Shown here in pieces: positions 25,829 to 37,319 of a stretch of 64,000 bases of DNA (position 1 is the stretch's first letter; every line of letters starts with the position of its first letter). Made by a program: the position numbers and the translations under genes. The notes under the pieces are model-generated. The model made no database searches, was not told where the DNA came from, and saw only the letters and a program-made list of their open reading frames with translations. The DNA is from Macrostomum hystrix (Eukaryota; Animalia; Platyhelminthes): the NCBI GenBank assembly GCA_950097015.1, contig CATNEN010000011.1, positions 3,658,001 to 3,722,000 of the forward strand, in the 5' to 3' direction.

Positions 25829-26476
25829 CTACGGCAGTTTGTCTGCCATAATAACTGTTGGTAACGCGGTAGTGATATTCACCGGCTTATCTGTGAAATA
25901 CGTAGAGCCTTTTGGATCATAGGACGTGCGGTGCTTTATAGTATCATGGACCGCAAAAGGGATATCAGTTTTGTTTGTGATTGGATCCATATTGTAGACG
26001 TCCTTGCAGTACTCCCGCAACTGAACAGCGGATGTTGCTCCGATTTTTTTGCACAGACTAGTAAGAACACCGATCCAGGTGCCCTTGTGAATGGTCGTGC
26101 TGCTCTTGAAGCTGTTATTTGCGAATCCATCGAAAGTGCGTGACGGCGGCACAAGCAAAATGCCGGTCGGGTCGGTCATGATCGGGAAATCGGTGGCGTA
26201 CTGCTTCACCATTGTTGATAGGCCGAGTGGGCCAGCAAAAGGGAATATTTCCTGAGTCGGATTGGCGGCCAGCTTCAGGATGCAGTAGGAGAAGAAGGGG
26301 TGCTGCGGCTCCGAAATCATGAACGCCGGGTTTCCAAGCCGATCTGGAGGCCACTTCATGCCGAAATAGATCATCGCGATGGCCTCAGCTGTTATCGGCA
26401 CGGTGGCTGGGTATTTTAGAAAGCTGTCTAACGGCTTCACCAGGGTATAGTCTAGGTCCGCATAGACGCCACCGAA
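25829..26476 (-). CDS. GT32 glycosyltransferase copy B, exon 2
   Basis: CTGCAG acceptor, then FGGVYADLDY...NPAFMISEPQHPFF...FAGPLGLS; open to TAG at 25829; phase 0. Confidence 0.9.
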   Translation of the reverse strand, partial: FGGVYADLDYTLVKPLDSFLKYPATVPITAEAIAMIYFGMKWPPDRLGNPAFMISEPQHPFFSYCILKLAANPTQEIFPFAGPLGLSTMVKQYATDFPIMTDPTGILLVPPSRTFDGFANNSFKSSTTIHKGTWIGVLTSLCKKIGATSAVQLREYCKDVYNMDPITNKTDIPFAVHDTIKHRTSYDPKGSTYFTDKPVNITTALPTVIMADKLP

Positions 26477-27004
26477 CTGCAGGAAAACGGTTCACAATTT
26501 TGAATTACAAGTTTTCCGCCTAGTCTCGGAAGGATTTAATAACTAGAATATTATTAGCACATTTTTACATTTACATTTTTAAGATAAATGTGCCAAGAAA
26601 GATGATACTTTTTTGTAAAAATTCTCACATGTCAACATAATCTACACAATACGTTGGCGTTCACTGATATAGTATTTGAACTCAGTTTTAATTCTGAACA
26701 TTATTCGATGGGCAACATTTAAATTAGGCCGAGGTGGAGGCCGAGGGCTGTACAACAAACAGTACAAGCCCAAAGCCCTCTAGCTCTAGCAAGGCTTTGC
26801 CCTACCCTAACTTTAGTACATGTAGAAGCCAACGAAGCCGCACTGTGGGGAGGGGGGAGGGAGGGAAGGGTGAATGGCTGTGCAAGCCATATGTACGCAC
26901 TATGCGTCTTGTGAACCAATCTCAATATAAGCGTAGAGTTCCTCTTTATTGTTTTAAGAGTATTTGACCAAGCCCAATTTCTTGTCCTTCCTTTGTCCTG
27001 GGCC

Positions 27005-27310
27005 ATGGCGACGCAAAATTTTACATTCAGCTCAAAAAGTTGTTGTGCAGCCACCTGCACAAATACAGCTCACGCATACACTGGCGATACCAGAACTCCA
27101 GTGCGAATGCACAGATTCCCAGCAGATGACGCGGTGGCTACTCGATGAAAAGGAATTCTGGAGCTGGATTTAGAGCTTACAGTGAAGTGATTCGACAGCG
27201 CGAGTTGAAAGTCTGCAGTGCACATTTCGACGATTCGGCTTCAGCTGCCTCGCATCGCGTCATGAGGCATCTACTTGCTTGCTATGGAATGCAGTACCAG
27301 ACAAGTTGCT
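27005..27310 (+). pseudogene. THAP-domain relic, probably from a DNA transposon
   Basis: Manual translation from ATG 27005: SCCAATCTN...MHRFPADD...R*(W)..., then shifted frames LKVCSAHF and NAVP. These are the C2CH THAP motifs, with stops and frameshifts. Confidence 0.75.
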
Positions 27311-28285
27311 AGTACGCCCCGGCTAGGGCCTGAAAGCGAGCTGGAGGTAACAAGGACTGATGCCGAGGCTGACGAACTATATCCGCCTGTACTAACAAGG
27401 TGGGATGCTGAGGACACTGCAGCTGCTCCAAATACTTCGAAGCGGGCACCTGATGTGGCAGCTGCATGCATCAACAAGGATGGAGCGCTGCGACAGCGTT
27501 TTTTTATGCATGCAATATACTCGTATATGTATAAATTAATATGAACTTGTCATATGAACTTTTAGCTCGAGTGCCCGAGTCATATGAACTTGTAGCCTTT
27601 TGAATGTAATGTTGTTATGTAATTGTCTCGTAAACTTTGCTATGTAAATTTGCTATAATTGCATTTTTTGTTAACTGTACTGCTAATTTTGATCTTGTTT
27701 TGCGTAAAAACATGAGAACATGCTACAATAATACAATATACAATAATGTCAGAAATAAAATGAATAGTGTGCTTATGCATGTCAAGTTTCTTGCTATCAA
27801 AATACTATTTTATAAATGTGCAAACTTGGTTTTTTTTTTGGAAATTTTTGCTACTGATGGCTGATCCTAAGAGTAGTGTGAGAGAAAATTAACTGAGTGA
27901 CCAATCTAGTTATATATTATCTGTTGTTCTAATGTTCTAAGGCTAATGTTGTTCCTGAGCTTTAGATATGGACGTGTTCGCCAAAAATAGATAACAGATT
28001 TTAATTAAAATCGAAAATTAATCGAGAACGAGACCGAGGTCATCTTTTTATCCAAAGATTTTCTCTACAATAAATTTCTATCTGAAAATCTCAGTAAAAT
28101 ATATGCAAAAGATAATCTTGCAAGAAAACTTCCGTTTTTATTCATTAAAACACTAAAAACTCTTGCTTTCTTGCAATAAAAAAGTTTCTCTTTATTTTCT
28201 CAGTATTCAACTGTATTAACCAAGAGACTTAACTTTTGCTGTGATGTTTACTTAACACCCAATGATCTATCTATCTATCTATTTG

Positions 28286-28990
28286 CAGGGGGCCCGGGGC
28301 ACTTGTCGCACAAGCGACGGAGCGGCACGCCCCCAGACCGGCGAACTAGGCGCTATGAGTAGTCTGGTTTTTGTACGGCATTGGCTGGTTCCAGATGGTA
28401 GTTCCTCTGGATAAAAGCGCTTACCGCGCCCATTGGCTTTCCAGCTGCCTTAATCGTTTCAGGTGATCTTGTGTGCGTGCATTCAGCGTGATTGGCTGCG
28501 GCAAGCAAGCTCGAAAGAGCTCGCTTCGCTCGCTCTTTCTCGCTTTCTATATCTATTGCCAGGACCTGCACCGGAGCGGTTACGAAAATTAGGCTTCTCG
28601 GTAGTGGCAAGCATTCATTTGCACTAGTGCTACTACAGTTACTACTACTACTACTACTACAGCACTACTACTACTGCTACTAGCTACTACTGCTACTACA
28701 CCAGACTACTGCTTGAGTAAGTCTGGTTTTTGTACGGCATTGGCTGGTTCCAGATGGTAGTTCCTCTGGATAAAAGCGCTTACCGCGCACATTGGCTTTC
28801 CAGCTGCCTTAATCGTTTCCGGTGATCTTGTGTGCGTGCATTCAGCGTGATTGGCTGCGGCAAGCAAGCTCGAAAGAGCTCGCTTCGCTCGCTCTTTCTC
28901 GCTTTCTATATCTATTTACAGGGGGCCGGGGGCACTTGTCGCACAAGCGACGGAGCGGCACGCCCCCAGACCGGCGAACTAGGCGCTATG
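28286..28990 (+). repeat. Permuted direct repeat A-B-spacer-B'-A'
   Basis: A 28286-28357 = A' 28919-28990; B 28357-28557 = B' 28715-28916; the spacer contains (CTA)n. Confidence 0.9.
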
Positions 28991-30067
28991 CGCTAGGCGC
29001 AATAGGCAGCAGTGCCCCCCACCCCAGCCCCACACGCACATAGCAGACCAAGCCGGGGCGGAAGGCTGATAAGAAATCAGTCCTCAGGGGGGGCCGGGCG
29101 ATGAGTGTACACTTATCCAATCGCGCTGACGGAAGTCCAGAAAGCGCGCGGCGGTGTACACCCGCCCTCCAGCCACCCCCCGCAAAGTCTCACGCCCCAG
29201 CGCCAACGCACACAACTCACGCAACGCAGAACAGGCACACAGAAGGTAGGAGCGAAGCTATTATTTCAAGCTTTGATTGCACGAAATATGGTGCACCTCC
29301 GCCGGTCGCTACTGTCCAAACCCTCCAACAAGCCCCGAAATGAATCGTGACTTGAAGGGTAAATCGAACCATAGCGTCCTTTGGAGTGCGAGGCAGCGAC
29401 GACGCTGACCCACTCGCCCCTTAACACCCAATGATAGTTGCACTTTCTTTTCCCCATGGTTTGTCTCCTCTTTCCTGCTTTTCGTGGCTCTATGGCTAAA
29501 TGTACTATTAGACAGCAGTGGTTTTTTTGAGCGACATCTGTGTCATTCGTGTGTGTGAAAAACAACAGTATGTCAAATTGCAGTACTCGTATATACACTG
29601 CGCACGCTTTTGTCTCGATTCTTATTACCTCTAATCTAGCCTCTAGCGCCTTTTTATATTACTTGTACAATGGCAGTGCATTTTGAGATTTGCATTTCGT
29701 CCACTCGCACCGCATTCAACGTCAACAGACTGGCACATTCGATAAATATGTACTTCATTCATTTTTTTAAAATGCTTGCATGTGCACAGTCTGAAAGAAT
29801 GAAACAGCTGAATCAAAATAAAGAAAAGAAAAGAAAGAAAACTGATCGGGCAGTGTGTCGGAGAGTAAAGCCCACAACTAATGCTAAGCAAAAAGGTTTC
29901 GTTTTTTTTACTGTCATGAAGCAATACCATTGTGCCATTGAATTGAAAGAAATGACTTGCTCCATACTTAAATACAGCGAAGGCATATGATAAATTCCTA
30001 TGAGTGCATGTGTATTGAAAACGTCAACTGGAATGGAATAAGAACATTTGTGGAATAGAAATTCGAA

Positions 30068-30839
30068 AATCAACATGAAGTATTCGATTTAATTAGATTA
30101 ATGACGCGCTTCGCACAACATTATGCATCTTCATCATTATTTATGTTTATTAAACATTTATTTATTTATGTTTATTTATTAATATATATTTTGTTAGTCC
30201 GTAAATCGAGAGGCAAAGTTCAGGGACGAGCAATTAGGGTTGCAGCCGACTGAACAGAATGTACCGGCCAGTACCCCTCCCTAGCAACACACGGAGAACA
30301 TGGCCCGCGCCACTGTATAGTGTTGGAGTTGAGTGTTGAGGTTGAGGGCATGAGCTTCAATGTACAAGGCTTCAAGAATCTGCTATTTGGAGTCAAGGGC
30401 GCATTGGTCAATGACTTTGAAGCGTTCTTGTGGTTTGCAGTTGGAGCAACTATTACATTCTAAGAGATGGTTTTGGATAGCCGATGGTTTCAGCCAGGGC
30501 TCCCTGATTCTAGTGTACAGGTGCCTTTTAGTCTTCCCCACGTAGAAGGCGCTCTGATCCTCAGAGCAGTTAAAGTGATAAATGACACCAGCACGAAGAC
30601 CGAAGGGAACACGTGACTTCAACCGACCGACGAAATTGCCAACTTCAGCAGAACGAAAAACAACGCGAATGTTGCATGCGATTAATCGAGTTTAGCATTT
30701 AACAGATTTTGTTTTTCAAGAATTCGGAAGGATAACCGACGAAAGGGAGGTAATTAGGTAATTAACCTGAAGATGAAGATGCACTCTGTTGTGCGAAACG
30801 CGTCGTTAATCTTGTTAAATCGAATACGGCATGTTGATT
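30068..30839 (-). mobile_element. 5'-truncated Penelope-like element (GIY-YIG end) bracketed by 68-bp inverted repeats
   Basis: Minus strand CNIRVVFRS...KSRVP..GVIYHFNC..FYVGKTKRHLYTRIRE..SAIQNHL...*QILEALYI..LNTQ (about 30720-30300). Inverted repeat 30068-30135 / 30772-30839 with 59/68 identity. Confidence 0.85.
30761..30810 (+). ncRNA. Minimal type I hammerhead ribozyme motif
   Basis: ATTAAC-CTGAAGA-(TGAAGA)T-GCAC-TCTGTT-GTGC-GAAAC-GC-GTC-GTTAAT: stem I 6 bp, stem II 4 bp, palindromic ACGCGT stem III, GUC cleavage triplet. Confidence 0.7.
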
Positions 30840-31540
30840 ATTGCATTTCTCTTCATCTTACTTACAAAGATGCAACTTTACCTGACTTTGGAATAAGTAT
30901 GGCTAAAGGAAAATTAATTTGAAAGTTAAGAACTGAGTTTCTAAAAACTGATTGGAATTTTGCAGTTATGTAATTATTAAACCAGTGGGTCGAAGTCAGG
31001 CGGTTGGCATGGAGGGCCCAAGTTCGAACCTGGCCCTTAAGAATCGAGCATTATCAATGCTAACTCAAAATTATTTTATGAGCGAGACGAAAGCAATTTA
31101 AAAAATAGAAACGGTTGTCAAAGTGGAGTAAATGCAGAAACATTGATGACGCAAAAAATCAATAAGCTACTTGGAGAGACGCTGCACAGCGTGCTACACT
31201 AAATAGAGCAGGGCTGGGCCGTCCTGTGGGGCGGGGGCGGCCTCACGACCAGGCATGCTCATGCATCCCCGCACCACCCCGCGACCCCCGGTTTAACCTC
31301 CAACCAAGCTACGCTGAGTCGGACCAACCGAAACGTTTTTCATTAGATTTTTATTACTCGTAGCTTTTAGTTAGAGGGCAACGATATTTTTTGTACGAGT
31401 AAAAACCAAGTATCAGATTAAAGAAAATATTAAAAAGCAGTCTGAAAGCACCCTCTGTGTGCCTGGGAGGGGCGATTTCATTGCTGGTTACTTACTATTC
31501 GGCTTTTTCTAATTGGTTTACGTTGCAGAAAAGGACTTAC

Positions 31541-32038
31541 GTGGTGCAGAATGAGGTAGCGAATCATGTCTACTCGCATGATGTGATGCCTCAGCCCTCG
31601 GAACTGGGCCAGCACACCTGCGTAGTGCCTGGCAACGAAGACTTCGAGGTCTTTGTCCCGCCAAAGAATGTAGGTCCAATCCGGATGAATTTTCATCCAA
31701 GTACTCAACTGGCTCGAAAAGTAGGCTGACACATGCTCATTCTTCCACAGGATGTGCCGAATCTTGGGTACTCGATTCGCAGTTGTCTCTACAGCGGACT
31801 TCAGGGCTGCGTGGCACTTCCGATCATAGCAGATGCTGCCAAACGCCTTCACGACGGCGATAAGCCTTGTCATTTCCTTCCCTGTGGTCGTTCTTAAGCA
31901 GCGAGCTTCGACGTTGGTTCGATTTTGCGCAATTTGAGCCGATTTCCGCATAATTAGCATCTCTATTAGCAGCAATGCGATTGTTAGTGATAGCAAAAGC
32001 GAAAAGCCGGCTTTTGGAGTTATTAGTTTTCTATTCAT
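31541..32038 (-). CDS. GT32 glycosyltransferase copy B, exon 1 (type II membrane anchor)
   Basis: MNRK..GFSLLLSLTIALLLIEML (TM), VPKIRHILWK, KIHPDWTYILW, RVDMIRYLILHH|GTAAGT donor. The intron position is identical to copy A; the joined product is 381 aa. Confidence 0.9.
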
Positions 32039-33409
32039 TTTCTCTGCTCACTAGCTCCAGATCGAGCTAACCCTTTTTTTGGCCCAAGCCAGGCATTTAA
32101 AGACCTCTCGAACCCGCACAATTATGCGGGTCCAAATTATGCACAATTGGTGACAGAATTGCACTTTATAAACGGACTGGCTAGTAGCAGTTAGTTGTGC
32201 TCTAGCTGTGTTTGAATGCACTATACTCTGAGAATTCAAGCCACCAATTTAGAAGCACGCCGATGAATAGACATACTCATTAATTATTTTAGACAAAAAC
32301 TGTTGGTGTACATTGCACCATTATACTTTTGATTACAAACGAGAAAAATTATGTAAATATTAAATTGACTTATTTTTTGTACACGTAAAAAGGACAAAAA
32401 AGCTACTTCTTAAAAAATCCTTGCAGTTTTTTACTGCTAAAATGGTAAAAAAAATCACACTCATTAATTTATATATTTTTATAACGAAAATTTATAAACG
32501 CATTTGTTAAGCTGTTATCACTTTCTGTTAGTAAATTTAAATTTTACCCGTTACTTTTTACTGAAATGTATCTATTCTATAGTCCTGACTTGCGTATTTT
32601 TATTTTCTTATTAAAACGGTGATATATCATGTTTTTGCGTTAGTCTAAAAATGATATTTTCCTACATCATCGATTTTAAATTCTTAATAATCATGGCAGT
32701 AATAGGTAACGTAGTTTTTTTTCTGTTCGCTTAAATAATTATTTAAGTAATTTTTTATTCTTGTATTATTTATGGTCATTCTTATTTTATGAAACCAATT
32801 CGGATTCGCCAATGAGGTTTAAACTAAGCAGTGTTAATTGTACTTCGATGATGCTGAATAGGGTAGCTTTGAAAGTTAGTTGATCGAAAAAGGCAGAAAA
32901 TTTTGATCCGAAATGGTGCACTTTTACGAAAATTGGTCATTTGGTTTTGGAGCTGTATTCGTCAAGTAGGCATTGGGTGTTTAAAATAACTCTATATTTC
33001 ATTTGCTTTATGACGATTCACTTAAGATAAGAAATGTTTAACTGTTTTAATGTTCTGGAATATTTTAAGTTTAATTGCAAAAAATCCCATTCAGATTTAA
33101 CATTAGCGCAAGAGGAAAAAATCGAAGTTGAAGAGCCACGACTGACTGGGGAAGCAAGACGAGCCAATCATGCGAGACAGGGCTCTAGCAAGCATCAAGC
33201 ACATGTACACTACTCTAACAGCTATCATGTGCCTCCAGAACTGCTCAAACGAAAAGGGTAAATCCACATATGTAATCAATTGATCTAAAATATATGAGAA
33301 TTAACATTAGATAGAGCTATAGGTTAATATTAAAATATTTATATGCATTATGCAAAGCAAGTTAAGACATCCGAAAGCGCTCGATAAGTTTAAATCTCTT
33401 AAAGAGAGA

Positions 33410-33760
33410 GGTAGTAGAGAGCCTTCGGAGATAAGTGGGGAGCTTTCGGGGGTAGTAGAGAGCCTTCGGAGATAAGTGGGGAGCTTTCGGGGGTAGTAGA
33501 GAGCCTTCGGAGATAAGTGGGGAGCCTTCGGGGGTAGTAGAGAGCCTTCGGAGATAAGTGGGGAGCTTTCGGGGGTAGTAGAGAGCCTTCGGAGATAAGT
33601 GGGGAGCCTTCGGGGGTAGTAGAGAGCCTTCGGAGATAAGTGGGGAGCCTTCGGGGGTAGTAGAGAGCCTTCGGAGATAAGTGGGGAGCCTTCGGGGGTA
33701 GTAGAGAGCCTTCGGAGATAAGTGGGGAGCTTTCGGGGGTAGTAGAGAGCCTTCGGAGGT
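33410..33760. repeat. 41-bp minisatellite
   Basis: Unit GCCTTCGGAGATAAGTGGGGAGCTTTCGGGGGTAGTAGAGA; period 41 measured. Confidence 0.93.
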
Positions 33761-33919
33761 AGTGGATACCTTCGGAGGTATTGGAAGGCTTCCAGAGGTA
33801 TAGCAAAGAGCTTCCGTGATAATGAAGAACCCCCAGATGAAGTGGAGAGCCTGTATAGGTATTTTATACACTTCAGAGTTGTGAAGAGCCTGTTTCCAGT
33901 GAGAGTAGCTATAGAAAAA

Positions 33920-34561
33920 ATGCTCTTTAAAATGTTCAGCCTGAATTTTTTAATTATCCTTCAACCTGTTTTCAGTGGACTCGATTCAACCACTAAACGG
34001 CGCCTTATATTATCGGAAAAAGTTCTAATCGGTCGTCCACTGCGTCACCTGATTGTACTGGCCGAATCTGCCCGACCAAATCCAAATCTGGACTACACCA
34101 GTCTGGCCGTCTGTGAAGGCTCAGCGTTTGGTTTAGGCTTGGCTTCTAACCTGACCCGGGCATTCAACTACTTCGCCTGTCCACTGCAAGCTCATGGCGT
34201 CTGGCTGAATTTCGTTGACAACGAGGAGCCAGACGAGGCTGGCTATTGCTGCGGTCTAGCCCCCAATCAGACCTGCTGTACAAAGGACACCTTCTACTTT
34301 CTCTATGGGCGTCCTATCGCTCCTTCCATTGTCGTCATTTCCATGTCAGCAGCCTCCGGGCTGGCATTGCTTCTACTGCTGGCTGCTGTGTTGGTGTTTG
34401 CGAAATTACAATGCGATCGAAAATCGGCCTTTGATTCACGGTCTCCTAAAGCAGACGATCCAGTTTTGAGACCGCTCATTATTAATAGTGCCTCGTCAGG
34501 CAGTGTGGCATCCGTGTGCGAGGTGAATGTACAGACTGATGAGCGCAGTCTTGCTCGGTAA
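33920..34561 (+). CDS. Shisa-like single-pass membrane protein (single coding exon)
   Basis: Signal-peptide-like MLFKMFSLNFLIILQPVFSG, Cys module C...FACP...GYCCG....TCC, long hydrophobic TM, short tail; AATAAA immediately after the stop. The ORF track extends upstream to 33842. Confidence 0.7.
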   Translation: MLFKMFSLNFLIILQPVFSGLDSTTKRRLILSEKVLIGRPLRHLIVLAESARPNPNLDYTSLAVCEGSAFGLGLASNLTRAFNYFACPLQAHGVWLNFVDNEEPDEAGYCCGLAPNQTCCTKDTFYFLYGRPIAPSIVVISMSAASGLALLLLLAAVLVFAKLQCDRKSAFDSRSPKADDPVLRPLIINSASSGSVASVCEVNVQTDERSLAR

Positions 34562-35779
34562 CAATAAAAATATAAATAATTCTTCCGGCTAGAGTCTTTA
34601 TACAAAGAGTGACATATACAAATTAATAAATGAAATTGATCACCAATCAGAGAAGGGAGAAAACAAAAAGCTTGCGTGCGAGAGGTTTTGTCGTTTCAGT
34701 AAAACTACCAATGGGGCTTTTTCCTGCACCCGAACGGAGCAATGCAAGCACACAAAACTCTAGAACACGTGCCAACTTTTTGTTGCGCATCTTCTGAAAC
34801 AAGAATCAAGTCGCCAGCGCTTCCGACCGTCGAGATATTCAATGGTTCGGGCCGAAGAAATGATATTTCCCATAAGCGCTAGTGTATTTCATACAGCCCT
34901 ATACACGAATTAGCACTGCGCCTCAGTGCGGCCTTGCCAGGCCTTCAAACTTTATCGCACGTCATCCGAATGTGCCTGCATCATCTACGTCTTCGGTGGT
35001 CACCTACCTATATCTAGACGGACTGCTGGACCTTCAAGGGCTACAACAGGTGGAAATAGGCCACTATGGACACCCTGACGCGAATTTCTCCAATTTCACT
35101 GCTTAAACGTTAATGCCCTCGTAGTAGGCGCAGCTCAACCACAGGACGCCATCGCCTAGTCTGTTACCCAATCAGTCACCACCCAACGCTGGTAGCATTC
35201 GAGCGCTAGCAAAAATTTTCAGGACGGGCGGCAAAAAGGCTTGATAGTCCTACTGTTAAATGCATTTTTTAGGGCACAGAAGAGGGTATGTACAGAAAAG
35301 GAAAAATGTGAATGTGAAATCGATGTTTTTCACAAGTAACTCTTCTCAGTAATCTATATACAAAAAGACACCTAACGAGATGTCTAAAAATGGACCTCAA
35401 GGTTACGTATTTGAAACTGTAACTATTAAGCTGAAAAAACAGTTCATACATTATCTCACAACGAAGGCTAACTATATTAGATTGCCTTGAACGCAAAGCT
35501 GACACTTAATTATCTGTGCACTATCTCTGTAAATGCTTTATCAATCTTTATCGCCAAGTGGACAGAATTCTTCATGCCTACCAGCTTGTGCTAATAGGCG
35601 ACCAGAAACTTGCAGTAAACTCAGTTAATCCCTGTACTCTCTAGCTCTTCGTGTGCAATGCTGTTGTCTCCAATTTAGGACTAAACTTAAGCGCGCGAAA
35701 TTCTTTCAAATATATTGATTCAAAACATATAGTCGATATAGCTATTTACCAGCGTTTAACCTCTTCTGCTTCACCACTC

Positions 35780-36750
35780 TTCTCTTACCCTCTCCAGTCT
35801 CACCCTCTCCAATCTCACCTCTCCAGTCTCACCCTCTCCAATCTCACCCTCTCCAATCTCACCCTCTGCAATCTCAACCTCTCCAGTTTCACCCTCTCCA
35901 ATCTCACCCTCTCCAGTCTCACCCTCTCCAGTCTCACCCTCTCCAGTCTCACCCTCTCCAGTCTCACCCTCTCCAATCTCACCCTCTCCAGTCTCACCCT
36001 CTCCAGTCTCACCCTCTCCAATCTCACCTCTCCAATCTCATCCTCTGCAATCTCACCCTCTCCAGTCTCACCCTCTCCAATCTCACCCTCTCCAGTCTCA
36101 CCCTCTCCAATCTCACCCTCTCCAGTCTCACCCTTTCCAGTCTCACTCTCTGCAATCTCACCCTCTCCAATCTCACCCTCTCCAGTCTCACCCTCAGCAA
36201 TCTAACCCTCTCCAATCTAACCCTCTCCAATCTCACCCTCTCCAGTCTCACCCTCTCCAGTCTCACCCTCAGCAATCTAACCCTCTCCAATCTAACCCTC
36301 TTCAGTCTCACCCTCTCCAGTCTCACTCTCTGCAATCTAACCCTCTCCAATCTCACCCTCTCCAGTCTCACCCTCAGCAATCTAACCCTCTCCAATCTCA
36401 CCCTCTCCAGTCTCACCCTCTCCAGTCTCACTCTCTGCAATCTAACCCTCTCCAATCTCACCCTCTCCAGTCTCACCCTCTCCAGTCTCACCCTCAGCAA
36501 TCTAACCCTCTCCAATCTCACCCTCTCCAGTCTCACCCTTTCCAGTCTCACTCTCTGCAATCTAACCCTCTCCAATCTCACCCTCTCCAGTCTCACCCTC
36601 TCCAGTCTCACCCTCAGAAATCTAACCCTCTCCAATCTAACCCTCTTCAGTCTCACCCTCTCCAGTCTCACTCTCTGCAATCTCACCCTCTCCAGTCTCA
36701 CCCTCTCCAGTCTCACCCTCTCCAGTCTCACCCTCTGCAGTCTCACCCTC
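35780..36750. repeat. 15-bp minisatellite (CTCCAGTCTCACCCT)n
   Basis: Visible period of 15, interrupted by variants. Confidence 0.93.
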
Positions 36751-37319
36751 TCTACCAAACGTCTTAAGAAATTTACACTCTTTAGTCTCTTAATCTGGAA
36801 CTTTCGAGTAAAGAACAGCATGTTTAACTTTTCATGCACCTTACACACTACTCACTCGGATAGCGTACTAGATAAAAAAGTAGTACGCGAAGAGGCAGTG
36901 GCGCAGATTGTGATTGATTAGAAAGAAAATTGCAACAATATATAGTTTTGACACATTATAGCAAAAATCCATCACCAAGGTCAGAATGTTATTCCTGTCA
37001 AAGCTATTCATAGAAAATGCAGTTTGGCCCGTTCCGTCTCACGTAGCGGTCTGCGCATTGACATTTGTAATGATTGCTAATTCAATTTCGGCCCCTTAAT
37101 CTGTTTGTGTGTGTGTTCTCACTGGAAAACTATCAGGCTTGACCACTCAGAGCTCTGTGCAGCATTGCCAAAACTGGGAAAATGCATAGATTTTTCTGGC
37201 TAAAAAAAGAAATTCCGCTTACATTCTAGCATCTAAAGCTAAACATTGCCGATTTCTGTGAATGAGTTTCACTGCTTCACTGGCAGCCGGTTCTACGCAG
37301 GAGTGAATGAGAAAGTTGG

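Noticed and set aside
28286-28357. HDV-like ribozyme (GGGGGCC...GCCCCC...GGCGAA)
   Set aside because: No P2 complement and no P1.1 GG after the P1 3' strand, so the nested double pseudoknot cannot be built.
30985-31040. tRNA gene (GTTCGAACC B-box-like)
   Set aside because: No cloverleaf could be built; at most a SINE fragment.
33362-33871. 169-aa and 135-aa minus-strand ORFs
   Set aside because: Translations of the 41-bp minisatellite.
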